Below are positions 49,136-62,330 of a DNA stretch of 64,000 nucleotides, one piece after another. The notes below the pieces were generated by a model, which saw only the letters and a list, made by a program, of their open reading frames with translations, was not told where the DNA came from and made no database searches. Positions within the stretch are counted from its first letter, which is position 1. Every line of letters begins with the position of its first letter. Location: the NCBI RefSeq assembly GCF_009914755.1, contig NC_060933.1; one strand, written 5' to 3'. The stretch comes from the human T2T-CHM13v2.0 reference genome, Homo sapiens. A program made the position numbers and the translations under genes.

Positions 49136-49859
49136 GCTGATACTAATTTAAATAGAGATAATTATAAAATAAAGTAATGACCAAGTGAAAATTACCATTT
49201 CTAGTAGTAAAACAAGATACCTTTATTGAGTAAAGCTTGAACATATTTCTGCCCACATAAAGGACATATAACTTTTGTATTTTGTATAAATGATATGCTT
49301 TATCTCACTAGACTCATCCTATGGTTAATTGGTGGGGGATGGTTGGAGAAAGTAACATATCTTTAAATTTAGCTTCTTGATTCACATTTTTCTTCAAGTT
49401 TCAATAGCTCTCTTTTAGTTAAATGCCTCCAGGAAGATGTTCAGATGCTTTGGGCTTTCTGTGGCCTCAAGGCAAAGGGAAAGTGAATCTGAAGTCTCTT
49501 ATTGTCTTCATGCTGTTCTCTAGACCTCTGCTTTCTCTGTGGCAGAGGGTCTCTCTGGTCTGATCGCTGGGGCCATTGCATTGCTATTCTCTGAGGTGAA
49601 GCTTGTACTCTCGCATCAGAGTACAGTGGAGTTCTCTTGCTTTATTAGCCTCCTGTTGGCTTGGGTAAGATCTTCAGATCTCTGTGAGTTTCAGCATCCT
49701 TCTTCCACAGTATGTCTGGAATGGTCACATGGGACTTTTTGGCAGGATCATTTTGCCCCTTGGTGCAGTGGCCCCATGTTATGTATGTTAGTTTTCAACT
49801 CAGTTAAGTTGCTTCTTATTTACCTCTATGACACTTCCACATTGCATAGATTCATAGGT

Positions 49860-50308
49860 CTAGTAGGAGGTTTTTTATATAAACCAAGCTGCCAGGAACA
49901 GAAGAATGCTCGCACAGTAAGTCAGACAAACCAAATTTATTACTCACAGAGGAGCAGGAAGAATCAGCAAAACCGTTAAGTTCTATGGCAAGCCTGACCC
50001 TTGAGGTCAGAAAAGTTGCCCAGGGTTGGTGGGGTCTCCTCTGCACATGCCCCACTGTGTACTGCGCTGAGGAACCCCTGAGTGCTCCGCCCTAGGTTTC
50101 ACACCCCACGTGCACCTTGGCTCTCTGAGTTTAAGGGCTGCAGTAATATCCTGTTCTAGGAACAACAAGGACAGAGCCCAGACTGTCCCAGACGGTTTCT
50201 ACTCATCTCAGGATATTGTCTTCTTGGAACATTCTAAAGTTATTCTGAGAACTAGGAGGTACAGAAAGCTGAGTTGGTCAAGGCCATTCAGGTCTTGTCC
50301 TCCTGACC
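49860..50308 (-). mobile_element. Old ERV/ERVL-type LTR fragment (family not assigned)
   Basis: Antisense LTR-like composition with tttatt (AATAAA on -) near 49936 and a terminus reading tggtcaggaggacaag...gaatggccttgacc on the minus strand. Confidence 0.45.
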
Positions 50309-50945
50309 ACAGAAACAAAGTAGACTATAAAACAATAAGCATTGGCAGAAGTAATCATATTGCATTATGATAGCCATTCTTCATTATGATATAAAGAATT
50401 TATCCTCCAAAAAGTTATCTGAGTTCTAAATCTGAATGAACCCAGCAAAACATAGATTTGGGACTGTTGTTACAGTTTAATAAAATATATACTAAACCAA
50501 TAAATTTAATTAAATACATAAACTCTAGAAGTATAAAAATCATAAAGGCTCATTTCAGTAAAGGTTGGCATACAAAGTTATCAGATGTATGACAGAGTAA
50601 TAGAAAATGTTGACACTGCTTAGGGCAAAGTGAATATGATTGATATTCAGATGAACAAAGAAGATAGTAAACTCAATAGAAAAATGGGCCAAAAAATTCA
50701 ATACATTGTTAACAAGCTGACAAATGCAAATGTACACAAATAAAATGAGATCTGTATTTTCACCACTTGCTTAGAAAATATAAGAATCCTAGATAACATT
50801 GAGTGATGAGGATATGAGGAAAACAACCTTTATGGGCAATGGGTGGGAAATTAAATGGTTTTAACCATTTCAGAAAATAACATGACAGGACCCATTTGAA
50901 AGTATGCATACTCTACAACCTGTCTCGATGATGGGTACATATCCC

Positions 50946-51201
50946 TGATATAGTTTGGATGTGTGTCCCCTCCAAATCTCATGCTAAAATATGATCCCCA
51001 ATGTTGGAGGTGGGGCCCAGTGAGAGGTATTGGATCATGGGGTGGATGCCTTATGAATAGCTTAGCACAGGAATGTCCAACTTTTGGCTTCCTTGGACAG
51101 CATTGGAAGAAGAATTTTCTTGAGCCACACATAAAATACACTAAAAATAGCTGATGAGCTAAAATAAATAAATACATAAATAAATAAAAATAAAAAAAAA
51201 C

Positions 51202-51232
<31 letters not shown>

Positions 51233-51631
51233 AAACTCTCTTTTGTTTTAACAAAGTTGACAAATTTGGGCCACATTCAAAGCTGTTCTGACCTGCATTC
51301 AGCCCACAAGCTGTGGGTTGGACAAGCTTGGTTTAGCACAATCCACTTGAGTGAGTTCTTCTCAGTGAGTTCATAGAGATCTGATTGTTAGAAACAGCCT
51401 GGGACTGCCCCCTTCTCTCTCTTACTCCCTCTCTGACCATGTGACACACTGGCTCCCCTTCACCTTCTGCCATGATTGTAAGCTTCTTGAGGCCTCACCC
51501 AGAGCAGATAGCATTGCTTCCTGTGCAGTCTGCAGAACCCCGAACCAAGATAAACCTCTTTTATTAAAAAATAATAAATAAATTACCCAGCATTGGGTAT
51601 GTCTTCATAGCAATATAAAGAGACTAACACA
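50946..51631 (+). mobile_element. Solo MST (MaLR) LTR, interrupted by MER30
   Basis: tgatatagtttggatgtgtgtcccc...aaacctcttt...aattacccagcattgggtatgtcttcatagcaatataaagagactaacaca; it retains the full U5, unlike the array copies. Confidence 0.85.
51068..51330 (+). mobile_element. MER30 hAT-type DNA transposon (MITE) with 8-bp TSD
   Basis: caggaatgtccaac...ttgagccacacataaaatacacta...gttggacaagcttg; TSD gcttagca (51060-51067) / gtttagca (51331-51338). Confidence 0.85.
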
Positions 51632-52372
51632 GCCCCTGACAAATTGTAACACATGACCAAAAAGTGTTTTCATAAGGATACCATAAGGAAGTGAATATTT
51701 CAGTAGCAGGATATCAGTGTGAATTCTACTGCAAGACTGGATAGGGAAAATGTGGTTGATTCATTTTATTGAAAACTATGCAGCAGCTACAGGGGAATAA
51801 ACAACCAAAAATAACCTACAGCAATGTGGGAATGTATGAAGGATGTTATGCTCTGTGAAAAAAATTAGAAATAAAATTAGATTTATAGCACAATACTCTT
51901 TAAGCAAAATGTATACACTCACGTATATACACATACACACACTCAGAAAACAACCTTCTTATCTTGTAAGAATTCTTTAAGAGTAAAGAACCTATATCAA
52001 ACACATTAGCATGCCTGTCTGTGACAAGGGATAAGGAATAAAAAAATGAAACAAGTAAAACCAGAGAAACTTGTAGGAAACAATAATGATAATGTCTCAT
52101 GAAGTAAAGAATGTGATTAATTTTTTGCAACTGTGGTATAAAAACAGATTGTCAAAATCAAATGTAATGAGCTTTAGCATAGAGCTTATTGTAGGGAAAA
52201 AATCAAATTTAAATACTTAGTTTATATAGTTTGATGCAGGAATGGTCTCCTATGTGAAGTAGTAAGATACACTAAACAATCCATGGGTGTATGGGAAGAA
52301 AATACTCAAAATGCTACTTATATTTATTTTTTACTCATTTTTCCAACAGTTTAATATCTAAATGCTAGGGGA

Positions 52373-52685
52373 GGCCAGATGTGATGACTCACACCTGTAA
52401 TCCCAGTGCTTGGTTGGAGAGGGTGGGGGTCAAGGCAGGAAGAACACTTGAGGCCAAGAGTTCTAGACCAGCCTGGGAAACCTAGTCGGTTTTTGTGTCC
52501 ACACACAAAAAAATTAAAAATTAGCCAAGCATGATGCCATGCACCTGTAGTTCCATGTACTGGAGAGGCTGAAGCAGGAGGATCACCTGAGGGAGGAGTT
52601 TGAGGCTGCAGTGAGCAATGATTATTCCACTGCACCATAGCCTGGGTGACAGAATGAGACCCTGTCTCTTAAGTGGAAATAAGTA
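52373..52685 (+). mobile_element. Alu SINE (AluJ-like, diverged)
   Basis: ggccagatgtgatgactcacacctgtaatcccag...gagtttgaggctgcagtgagc. Confidence 0.88.
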
Positions 52686-53626
52686 AGTGCGAGGAGAACA
52701 CGTGATCTTTCTAGTTTTCAGTCCCTCTTGCAGTTCCCTGTAGATTATTTTGCTTATTCCCAATGTTCCAGCTGTCTGCACATTGTAGGCTTGTTCTTCT
52801 ACCTACTCAAGGCCCCAGATCCAGCAAATGTCCTCAGAGATGGGCTCTGCTGCTAATCTGTGATCACCAAGGAAGGGCTTGTTTTTCTCTGAAATTTAGT
52901 TCATTGACACTTTAGACCCACAATTTTTTGATGGCTTTAAACAAAAAAAAAAATAATTTTTTAAAGTTCATCCGATATTTTCTCATTATGGCAGGAGCAA
53001 TTGTCTTTGGTAACTTTATTTTAATTGGAAGAAGAATTTCTAACATTGGCATTGTAATGAGGTTTTTGGTCTTTGACCCTAGTGGAGCAATTAAATCCAC
53101 ATCTATTTCTTCTGTTATGCATGTATTGAAGGATCAAATGAGAAAATATATGTAGAGTGCACAAAGTGTCTAATGTACACTAGTGATATACAGTTGTATT
53201 ATGACTACACACCGAAAACACATAATCAACCAGATTGCTTCCTGAGAACTAGAGCCAGGCTTTTCCAATGATACTTAACTGTCAAATAATTCTATTCAAT
53301 TTTTCATGGGATTTAGGGTTTGGTCCATGAAGTGCTGCCACAGTATGCAAATCAATTATATCAATAAATGTGCTAATTTATTCAGCAAATGTATTCTTGT
53401 AGCAATAGTTACTCAATGAAAGAAGTAACATTTAATTTCTAGTAGAAGCTACTTCTCTCATTGTGAACTCGTTACAAAGCTTGAATGCTCTAGCTATTTT
53501 GAGGAGCATTAATAAGCATTACCTAAAGAAGATGATATATTCCCTAGACAACAAGAACTCTTATTTCTCTTTATCTTCTTTTTGATAAATGCTACAGTCT
53601 CTTGGTAGTGAATCCAGATTCTGTGG

Positions 53627-54600
53627 TGTGGGGAAAAGAAAGAGAGATCAGACTGTTACTGTGTCTATGTAGAAAGAAGTAGACATAAGAGACTCCATTT
53701 TGTTCTGTACTAAGAAAAATTCTTCTGCCTTGAGATGCTGTTAATCTGTAACCCTACCCCCAACCCTGTGCTGGCAGAGACATGCACTGTGTTGACTCAA
53801 GGTTTAATGGATTTAGGGCTATGCAGGATGTGCTTTGTTAAACAAGTGCTTGAAGGCAGTTTGCTTGTTAAAAGTCATCACCACTCTCTAATCTCAAGTA
53901 CCCAGGGACACAATACACTACACACTATGGAAGGCTGCAGGGACCTCTGCCTAGGAAAGCCAGGTATTGTCCAAGGTTTCTCCCCAAGTGATAGTCTGAG
54001 ATATGGCCTTGTGGGAAGGGAAAGACCTGACCATCCCCCAGCCAGACACCCATAAAGGGTCTGTGCTGAGGAGGATTAGTAAAAGAGGAAGGCCTCTTTG
54101 CAGTTGAGATAAGAGGAAGGCATCTGTCTCCTGCTGTCCCTGGGCAATGGAATATCTCGGTGTAAAACCCGATTGTATGTTCCATCAACTGAGATAAGGA
54201 GAAAACTGCCTTAAGGCTGGAGGTGAGACATGCTGGCTGCAGTACTGCCCTTTAATGCACCGAGATGTTTATGTATGTGCACCTCAAAGCACAGCACCTT
54301 TTCTAACCTTGTTTATGGCACACAGACATTTGTTCACATGTTTTCCTGCTGACCCTCTCCCCACTATTACCCTATTGCCCTGCCACATCCCCCTCTCTGA
54401 GATGGTAGAGATAATGATCAATAAATACTGAGGGAACTCAGAGACCGGTGCCAGCGTGGATCCTCCATATGCTGAGTGCCGGTACCCTGGGCCCATGTTT
54501 CTTTCTCTATACTTTGTCTCTGTGTCTCTTTCTTTTCTCAGTCTCTCATCCCACCCAATAAGAAACACCCACAGGTGTGGAGGGGCAGGTCACCCCTTCA
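53627..54600 (+). mobile_element. HERV-K (HML-2) solo LTR, LTR5A/LTR5B-type, 974 bp
   Basis: Starts tgtggggaaaagaaagagagatcagactgttactgtgtctatgtagaaagaag and ends cacaggtgtggaggggcaggtcaccccttca; poly(A) signal aataaa near 54419; 5-bp TSD tgtgg on both sides. Confidence 0.93.
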
Positions 54601-56014
54601 TGTGGGATGTACAAAACAATCCTCCACAAATTTAAATTTATGCCTATGATCATGTGTAATGAAATTAGCCCTCAAGAGCCAACTTGAGACCATGTTCAGA
54701 ATGAAAGCTTCAGAAACTCATGGCAAACACATGAATATAAGGCCATTTTAGACACAGTCCCCAGATTACCTCTGAATTCAGTGGGGAAAAAGTGACAAGG
54801 AGCAATATTTAGGGCATCTAGGATAGTGCTACCTTCTCATCCCTAACATAAGCCAAATTAAAACTTCATACTAATGCTCTGAAGCCTAATAATAACTAGT
54901 AAGGTTTATGTCTGTCAAAAAGCCACTGCAGGCTACTGTTAAAACCAGCTACACAACCATCTGGAAGACATTTGCCTCCTTCTGGTTAAAAACAGTCCCA
55001 TGTCTACTGATGATGTAGTTAAGGTTGTATCAAGATCTTCTATCTCTCAGCAGGGATGTGGTTTCCCAAATGCTAATATTTGACCAACAAAAGTTTTGCA
55101 GCCAGAGTTTGTGCAAGTATTGGTAGATAGAAAATACAAAATCCAACCATTTCTCATGAATGATTAAACAAAAAAAAGAATGCAAGAAGCCTGTGTGCAT
55201 GTGCGTGGGTATATATGCATGTGTGTGTGTGTATTCAGGTTTGTTAACTTTATTAACTTTGTTTAAAATTTAATTTAAAAATTAGATTGGGGAGTAAAAT
55301 ATCATTCTTCCTCTCTCATCATAAAACTTTTGGCTCACGGGATTCTGACATTCCATCATGCTTGGAAAAGTTGGATTTATGAAACCAGTCGCTGGACTGA
55401 GCCTGCCTATGCAGTTCTTACACAGGTGCTCCCTATTTTGTGCACAAGCATCCTCAAGAGACCAAAGATAGTGATTGAGAGAGACGGGCTCTGAAGTCTT
55501 TTTATTTCAACTTCTTGGAATCACCACCTTGTTAATGAACATCAAAATCTTTTGTGTCATTTATCAGATTAATTACTTTTTCCATAAAAAGAGTGAGTTG
55601 AGAGGATAACAAGAAACTCCCTGTCCCTGCTTCATCCTGAAAACAGGAGAATCAATATCTTAACCCTGTTTTTGAGAGATGAATGGGTAGGTCAACATTG
55701 CTTGGCTATTTGTCCTTCCATTTGGGACAGATTACCACTGCACTTTCCCCTCAATCTCTAGAATCATGGCTTATAGAAAACAATTTTGTACTGAATTACT
55801 AAATGCATCAAAACTTTATTAGACTTATTATCAAAGAGCATGCTCAGATGTATCTATTATAAATAGTAATAAAAATATAAAAACCTAAAAACAATATTAT
55901 AAATAACAGAGAAAAGCTATGCACTGTTATGAAAGCCTTTCATATTTAGGGATATCAGGTAAGGTTTCCCTTGGTGGGGAAGATGAAGAGCAAACCAAAA
56001 TAAGAGTAAGAGCT

Positions 56015-56340
<326 letters not shown>

Positions 56341-58433
56341 TTATATAAATCTGGGATGGTAGTGGGAAAAGCATATGAGTAAGAAGACCAAAGTCCAGGA
56401 GACAAGAAGAAATACATCTGAATCATTTAGTTCAACAATGTTCATGCCACAAGAGGGGGGAAAGAGAAAGGAAACAAATTTTGTACTGCTTGAACCCATT
56501 TTTGGACTCTTGCTATTTATCCTGTACTAATGTGAAGTCTTTGGGAGTTTTTAAGCAAAGCAATTTACAATGCAAATTGTATTTACATTTCAAGTAATCA
56601 TTCCAGATATAGCACAGAACCATTTTTGGAGAGAGAATCAGGGAGAGCACTTTAGAGGTGCTCACCATAGCCCAGGTGAGAGAGTGATGGGCTGGAATCC
56701 ATGATGGCAATGAAGATAGAAAGAGAAAAATTCATTCAAGAAATAGAGAGAAGGTAAAATCTGACAATACTTGGTGATTTGAAATGGAAATGTGAAGAAC
56801 AAAATGTCAAAAATTAATTGAGATGTCAGGTGTAGGTAGAAGTTGACATCATTTGCTGCAAAAAAAAAGACACACAAGAAGAATACCACTTTCAGTGAAA
56901 GAGACATCTAGGTTGCTTAAAGTATGAAACGGGACTTTTCCAATTTCATGCAGGTAAATTAGGAGGGCTCAACCTTGAAGCACAAAAGATGGTGATTATG
57001 GTAACACTGGCCTTGAGACCAGGACCTGTATCAGACTCTAGAAAGATCAGTGTGATTTGGAGCTGCTACAGACTGGAATATTTCAGTGAAAAACAAAACA
57101 AAACAAAGCATTCACCCTTATTCTTGCAGTCTTGTTTTATTTGAAGGAGTAAATAATTGGGCCTTATTCAGAGCTGCAAGTTTTGGTAAGCCCTAAAATG
57201 AACAAAAAATTGTATAAAATGGAAGCAATTCACCAATTCTATTCACTTAACATTTACTGATTTTCTTCCAGGTTTAAGTATTATGATAGGCATTGTACAG
57301 TAATTACTTTATTGACCATCTTCTCTGGTGTTTGTATTAATACACAAAGAAATCTAACTTTAAAAGTGTAGCATTGCTTTCAGCTGACACCAATCATTAC
57401 CCGTTATCCCAATTCATTAAATCAGATTGTTTCAGCAATAAGTTACATTTTGAAGTTAACGAAATACTTAAAAGGCTGTGATGTTGTAGCTGCAGATGTA
57501 GTATGCAAAACACATTTGATTCATGTCGTTCAGCACAATTTCATCTTAAAACCTTATCTACAAAACATTTTTACACATCTATTATTCTCTTGCTTTATGT
57601 AAAGTTTATGTCATTTATCTCTATCAAATTAAGTTACATTTCTAGTTTTTCTCAACCATAAAAGACAGCATTAATTTTTACAAACATTAATGATGAACTA
57701 TATTCACTCATAACTATTTATGTCTAAGTCATCTTAGATTTACTGAACAATTTCTGAGTAACTAATGGCTAGCCTTTTATTATTCTATGATGATAAACAT
57801 TTTTACAGTATCCAGGCTTCAGACATATTTTTGAAAACATTTCTATATGGGTCAAAATTTAAATCAGTTGTAATATGTGATCCACTCAAATATATTCTCC
57901 AGGATGCGCTATTAAAATGAAATACCGAGGTGGTTCCCCAAGACACCAATTTAAAGTGTATATGTGCAGTGCAGGGTTACTGGACCAAGGCACAGTGTAA
58001 ACAGCGAAATTTTATTTTTTGTTTTCTTTTTCCTAAGATGTTTCTTATTCCCCATTATATAAAAATGTATATTACAGGCAAAGAAAAATTAACACGAATA
58101 GAAGTAAATATAAAGTATATTCACATTAATATCAGCTTTGCTTTATCTATTAAGGGATGTAACACACTTGTGGTTTTCAGGACCTTGTAACTCCTGGTTC
58201 ATTGGAAAGCATAGAAATTCTTCAGAGCCTCAAGAGTTGTGTTTAACGCATTATTTAAATAGTGTCCAACCACTAGTTAGATAGCTTAGCACTCAAATAG
58301 CCTTTGAAATCTCTGTAGACTCACCTCAATTGAGGAGTCCTGATAATTTACAGAAGTGTGTAGTGCACTAAGAGATCCCTGATGGATAATGTCTTTGCCT
58401 GTGGAGTGTTTTATGTGTTGATCCACTGGAGTG

Positions 58434-58500
58434 TGTGTGTGTGTGTGTCTGTGTGTAGGTGGGTGAGTATGGGTGGGCGTGGATTGTGTGTGTATGTGTT
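58434..58500. repeat. Imperfect (TG)n microsatellite
   Basis: gtgtgtgtgtgtgtgtgtctgtgtgt... Confidence 0.75.
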
Positions 58501-59799
58501 TACACTGTGGTATGTGTCTGTTGGGGTGCCGCCATTTGGGATTTGGAAAAGTGAGGACCATAAACTTGTCAACATTCCTACATGCCTGCTTCATAAGAAG
58601 TGTACTGAACATGGCCAAAAGTAACTAAACCAAGTAAACAAATTAGACATTAATTAAATTTAATGCTGGGCAGGAAAGAAGTAGTCAAGGCCAGGTAAAA
58701 TGAAGAAATATAACCAAATGAATGAAATTTTTAGATTGATTCATAGAATGAGACAGGAATATTTTTTAAAATTTGTAGTTTCTAATGAATAACAGCATAT
58801 AAAATAAGAATCATATGGCTGTCAATTGACTAAAAACTGTACATAAGATTTGAGCTAGTGAAACAACCATATATGATCTTCTAATTCCACTTTTCTATCT
58901 CAAGAATGACTTGTTAAAATGATTTTTTTTGAAATTTTACATTCTCATCTTGAAAGAGCTTCACAAAACTCACATGAGAATCTGGATTGTCATAAGAGGT
59001 CTGATTTTTTAATGGTATGTTTGTATTTTTGTTATGTACATCAATGTCAAGCATTCGTTTCCTGAGCTGTTCTCTACAACACAATTTAACTTGTAATGGA
59101 CACTCAGTAAATGGTCGGTTGGATATTCAAATCAACACCTTAGTTCCATCAATTTTCACTTCATATAAAAATGCCTGATCTTCTATACTCATCAATGAAA
59201 CAGAGAGATGAAGGAGGGAGAGCAGTTGAGACTGAGAGGATGACAAGCAGACCTCATTCTGCAGTGGATTTCCTACACTCTCCACTTCTGAATGCTTGGA
59301 AACACTTGCCATGCTCAAAAAATATTGGTATTTCCTAGGCAGCAAATGGGAGTTAAAGAAAGTCCATATTTCTATATTACAATAACTTACACTATAATAC
59401 ACAGATGGCATACATTTCTAAGCAATTTCAGTTCACAGAAAATGTAGATAAATTTAGGTGAGCAAGATGTAAGGGAAGGGTTAGTAATCAAGCTGAGTGT
59501 GATTGTGAGATTAAATCTAATATTATCTTATACAATTATTGTATAATTGTATCAGTTGACATATCTGTTGAAACAGAAGGTGGGAGAGTTTTGCATGCGC
59601 TTCCGAAATGTACTGGATGATGTTAGGAGAGAGGCAGGTCAACGTGGCTAGGCCATAAGTGTTTACTAATTGAGGCTTAGGAAAGTTAAGCTCCTAACCA
59701 GAGACTGGGAGATAGAGGCGCTAAAGTGTATAACATTTATATTTAATATATATTTAATAATATATAATAAAGTCTTAAAATGCCAGTTTTAAGTCTTTT

Positions 59800-61969
59800 C
59801 ATTTTCTTCTTAAAAACAGAGGTTTTATTGCGTTTGGTCCACAGTCGGTATTTCACATTATCTCATAGCGCAGGGCCCCTGGGTGGAGGGTTCTGTGCAG
59901 TACTTGGCGTGGCCTGGAGCCGGGAGAGATAGAGCAGTAGACCTGGTCAGGCCCGGAAGGGGAGAAGGAGGGCCGGGGCTCCTTAAGACCTACTGAGGGC
60001 CTGGGCGCGGTGGCTCTCGCCTGTCATCCCAACACTTTGGGAGGACGAAACAGGCGGATCACATGAGGGAAAGAGTTCCCGACCAGCCTGGCCAACATGG
60101 TGAAATCCCGTCTCTACTAAAAATACAAAAAATTAGGTAGGCGTGGTGGTGGGCGCCTGTAGTCTCAGCTACTCTGGAGGCTGAGGCAGGAGAATCGCTT
60201 AAGCTGGGAGGCTGAGGTGCAGTGAGGCGAGATTACTCCACTGTGCTTCAGCCTGGGCGACAGAGTGAGACTGCATCTCAAAAAAAACAAAAACAAAAAC
60301 AAACAAAAAACCCTACTGAGGGCCACGGGGGTGGGGGAGCTAGGATGGAGATGGGTCAGACTTAATCCTGGCAACTCAGAATTCCACTAACTTGTACGGG
60401 TCTCAGTTTCCTCACCGGGCCCCAGCATAGGTCTGAGGGTCTGAGGTCTGTTGGTCTGAGGGTCCTAGGGAAATCCAGCCACTCAGGAGCCTGAGATATT
60501 TTAGCATCGTGGCTGGGCCCCCTCTCCCAGGGGACTCATTTCCCAGCACCCTCTCCACTGTCTCCGCCCCATTCCTCGGAGAAGAAAAAAATTTTCTTTC
60601 TTTTGTTAATACTTCCTGAAACTTTTGCAGGTACAGAAACCACAAACTGATCGGCTGACAAAAAGGGGAAGAGGAGAGGCAACCAGAAACCTTCGGGGAC
60701 TGGTTCCCTCCATGCCCAGGTCTCTTCTCCCCAGCACAGCTCAGCCCACAGCCTGGAAGTGCCAGCGGGGACCTTCACCCTACACGCATCAGGATACGGC
60801 CTTGATCCCTTCCCCCACAGCCCGGTGGCTCAGTCCTGAGAAGGAACCAAAGCAAGGGGAGGTGGGGAAAAATCCCTGCTGCCTGATCCCACGCTGCCAC
60901 TCACAGACCCTCGGTTGACTGGCAGCACTGAACAGGTTAAAAAAAAAAAAGATGAAAACACAGAAAAACCCAACACCCAGACGGGGAGACCATGTGTGGA
61001 GAGAGCGTGCTGGGAGCCTCAGTAGCCGGTCTCCTCCTGGTAGTAAGGGGCCTCCCCTGGCCCTGGGCAGTTGCCGGCGGAGGGAGCCCCGTGGGCCACT
61101 GGGCCACCCGGCTAGTACTTGGGTTCGTATATTTGCCGGCCTAGGCCAAAGACCTGGCCGCTGTGATTGGCAACCTGCGTGTAGCCCATCTTCAGGGACA
61201 TGGAGGAGTTCTCACACTTGTCGATTCCCAACTTGGTGTCATAGATGTGCCGCTGGGTCCCGGGAGCCGTCATGCCCACCTGGCTGGCGCACTTGTTTGT
61301 ACCCATCTGGAGGCTGATGGTCGAATTGTCCATGGGGGGCAGGATGCGGTTCTTGGGGTCGTAGAGATGCCTCCTCGTGCCATATGCGGTCATGCCTGAC
61401 TGGCTGGCACATTTGTTGGTAATCTGCAGCCGGATGACGCACTGGCTGGCCTTCATGGTGGTGTCGTCGAAGTTCTGCTTCTCTGAGTACTTGTCACGGA
61501 TGTCCACCCCGCTCCGCAGCCCCTTAGTCTTGGCCTTCCCTGCCAGGGCGAGAAGAGACACCCGCACCTGCATATTGTTCCCACTCTCAAACAGGTCGTT
61601 GGCCTCAAATAGGTCCACGGGATCATGCCGTAGCTGACCATTGCCTTGAGGAAGTTGGAGAGGTTTTCTAGCTAGTGCCAGTTCTACACGGAAGCCGTTG
61701 ATCTTGGGGACTGAACCCGGCTGCAGTTTGTTCACGAGTGTGCATAAAATAATCCCGTCCTTCAGGCCCTTCTGGAAGTCGGGGCGGATGGAGAGGCCAG
61801 TGAATCCCTTGATCCAGCTGCGGAGCTCTGCCTCCTTCTGGGAGTCATATTTGGGCAGAAGCCTGTTCTGGACGTCCGCCAAGAGCCTGTAGGAGGGGCC
61901 CTTGTTGAACTGCGTGGAGCTTACGGCTGGAGGGCGCCACCGCGGGGCGGATCCGACAGGACCAGCGGC
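59800..61969 (-). pseudogene. CNN2P: Full-length processed CNN2 (calponin-2) pseudogene with 5'UTR, CDS remnant (61924-61019), 3'UTR, poly(A) signal and TSD
   Basis: Intronless. Translation (V)SSTQFNKGPSYRL...KYDSQKEAELRSWI...QMGTNKCASQVGMTAPGT...YYQEETGY* matches CNN2. Start ATG reads GTA at 61924-61922; premature TAG at 61112; AATAAA on - at 59829-59824; TSD taagtctttt at 59790-59799 and 61970-61979. Confidence 0.95.
59998..60310 (+). mobile_element. Alu SINE inside the CNN2P 3'UTR (antisense to the pseudogene)
   Basis: Full Alu with (AAAAC)n tail, flanked by the direct repeat cctactgag(ggc). Confidence 0.92.
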
Positions 61970-62139
61970 TAAGTCTTTTTTCTAGTTCGCAATGTTTTGT
62001 TTTCACCACACCATTGTTTTACTACATATTTTATTGTATGTGTATTGTGTTAAATATACATTTTGTGTATTTAAAAATGTGTGGAAAATGTTAGACCATC
62101 TCCCTTTTTTCCACCTTCCCTTTTACCCTTTACTGCCAT

Positions 62140-62207
62140 TTACATCCACACATCCACACACACATACATCCACACATCCACACACACATACATCCACACA
62201 CACACAT
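62140..62207. repeat. Compound (CACATC/CA)n simple repeat
   Basis: tacatccacacatccacacacaca repeated about three times. Confidence 0.8.
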
Positions 62208-62330
62208 ACTGACCAAAATTAATTTCGATATACGAATGGGTTATTTGAAGCGAAAAGTCAATCTATATTAGTAAAAGTGTCATGCCAGTATGAATTATAT
62301 TTATAATCCTTTCAAGAAGAAAGAACTTGC

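Noticed and set aside
49380-49980. 146-aa ORF / possible further retrocopy fragment next to the ZNF exon
   Set aside because: No recognisable protein family; the ORF starts at GTG and runs into an LTR fragment.
52912-53155. Overlapping hydrophobic ORFs on both strands in AT-rich DNA
   Set aside because: Short, low-complexity, with no recognisable homology or exon structure.
61112-61882. 256-aa ORF as a functional CNN2 gene
   Set aside because: Intronless with TSD and poly(A) remnant, native ATG lost, TTG start, scrambled CH-domain segment and truncated C-terminus; treated as a pseudogene (the open frame is noted as a finding).
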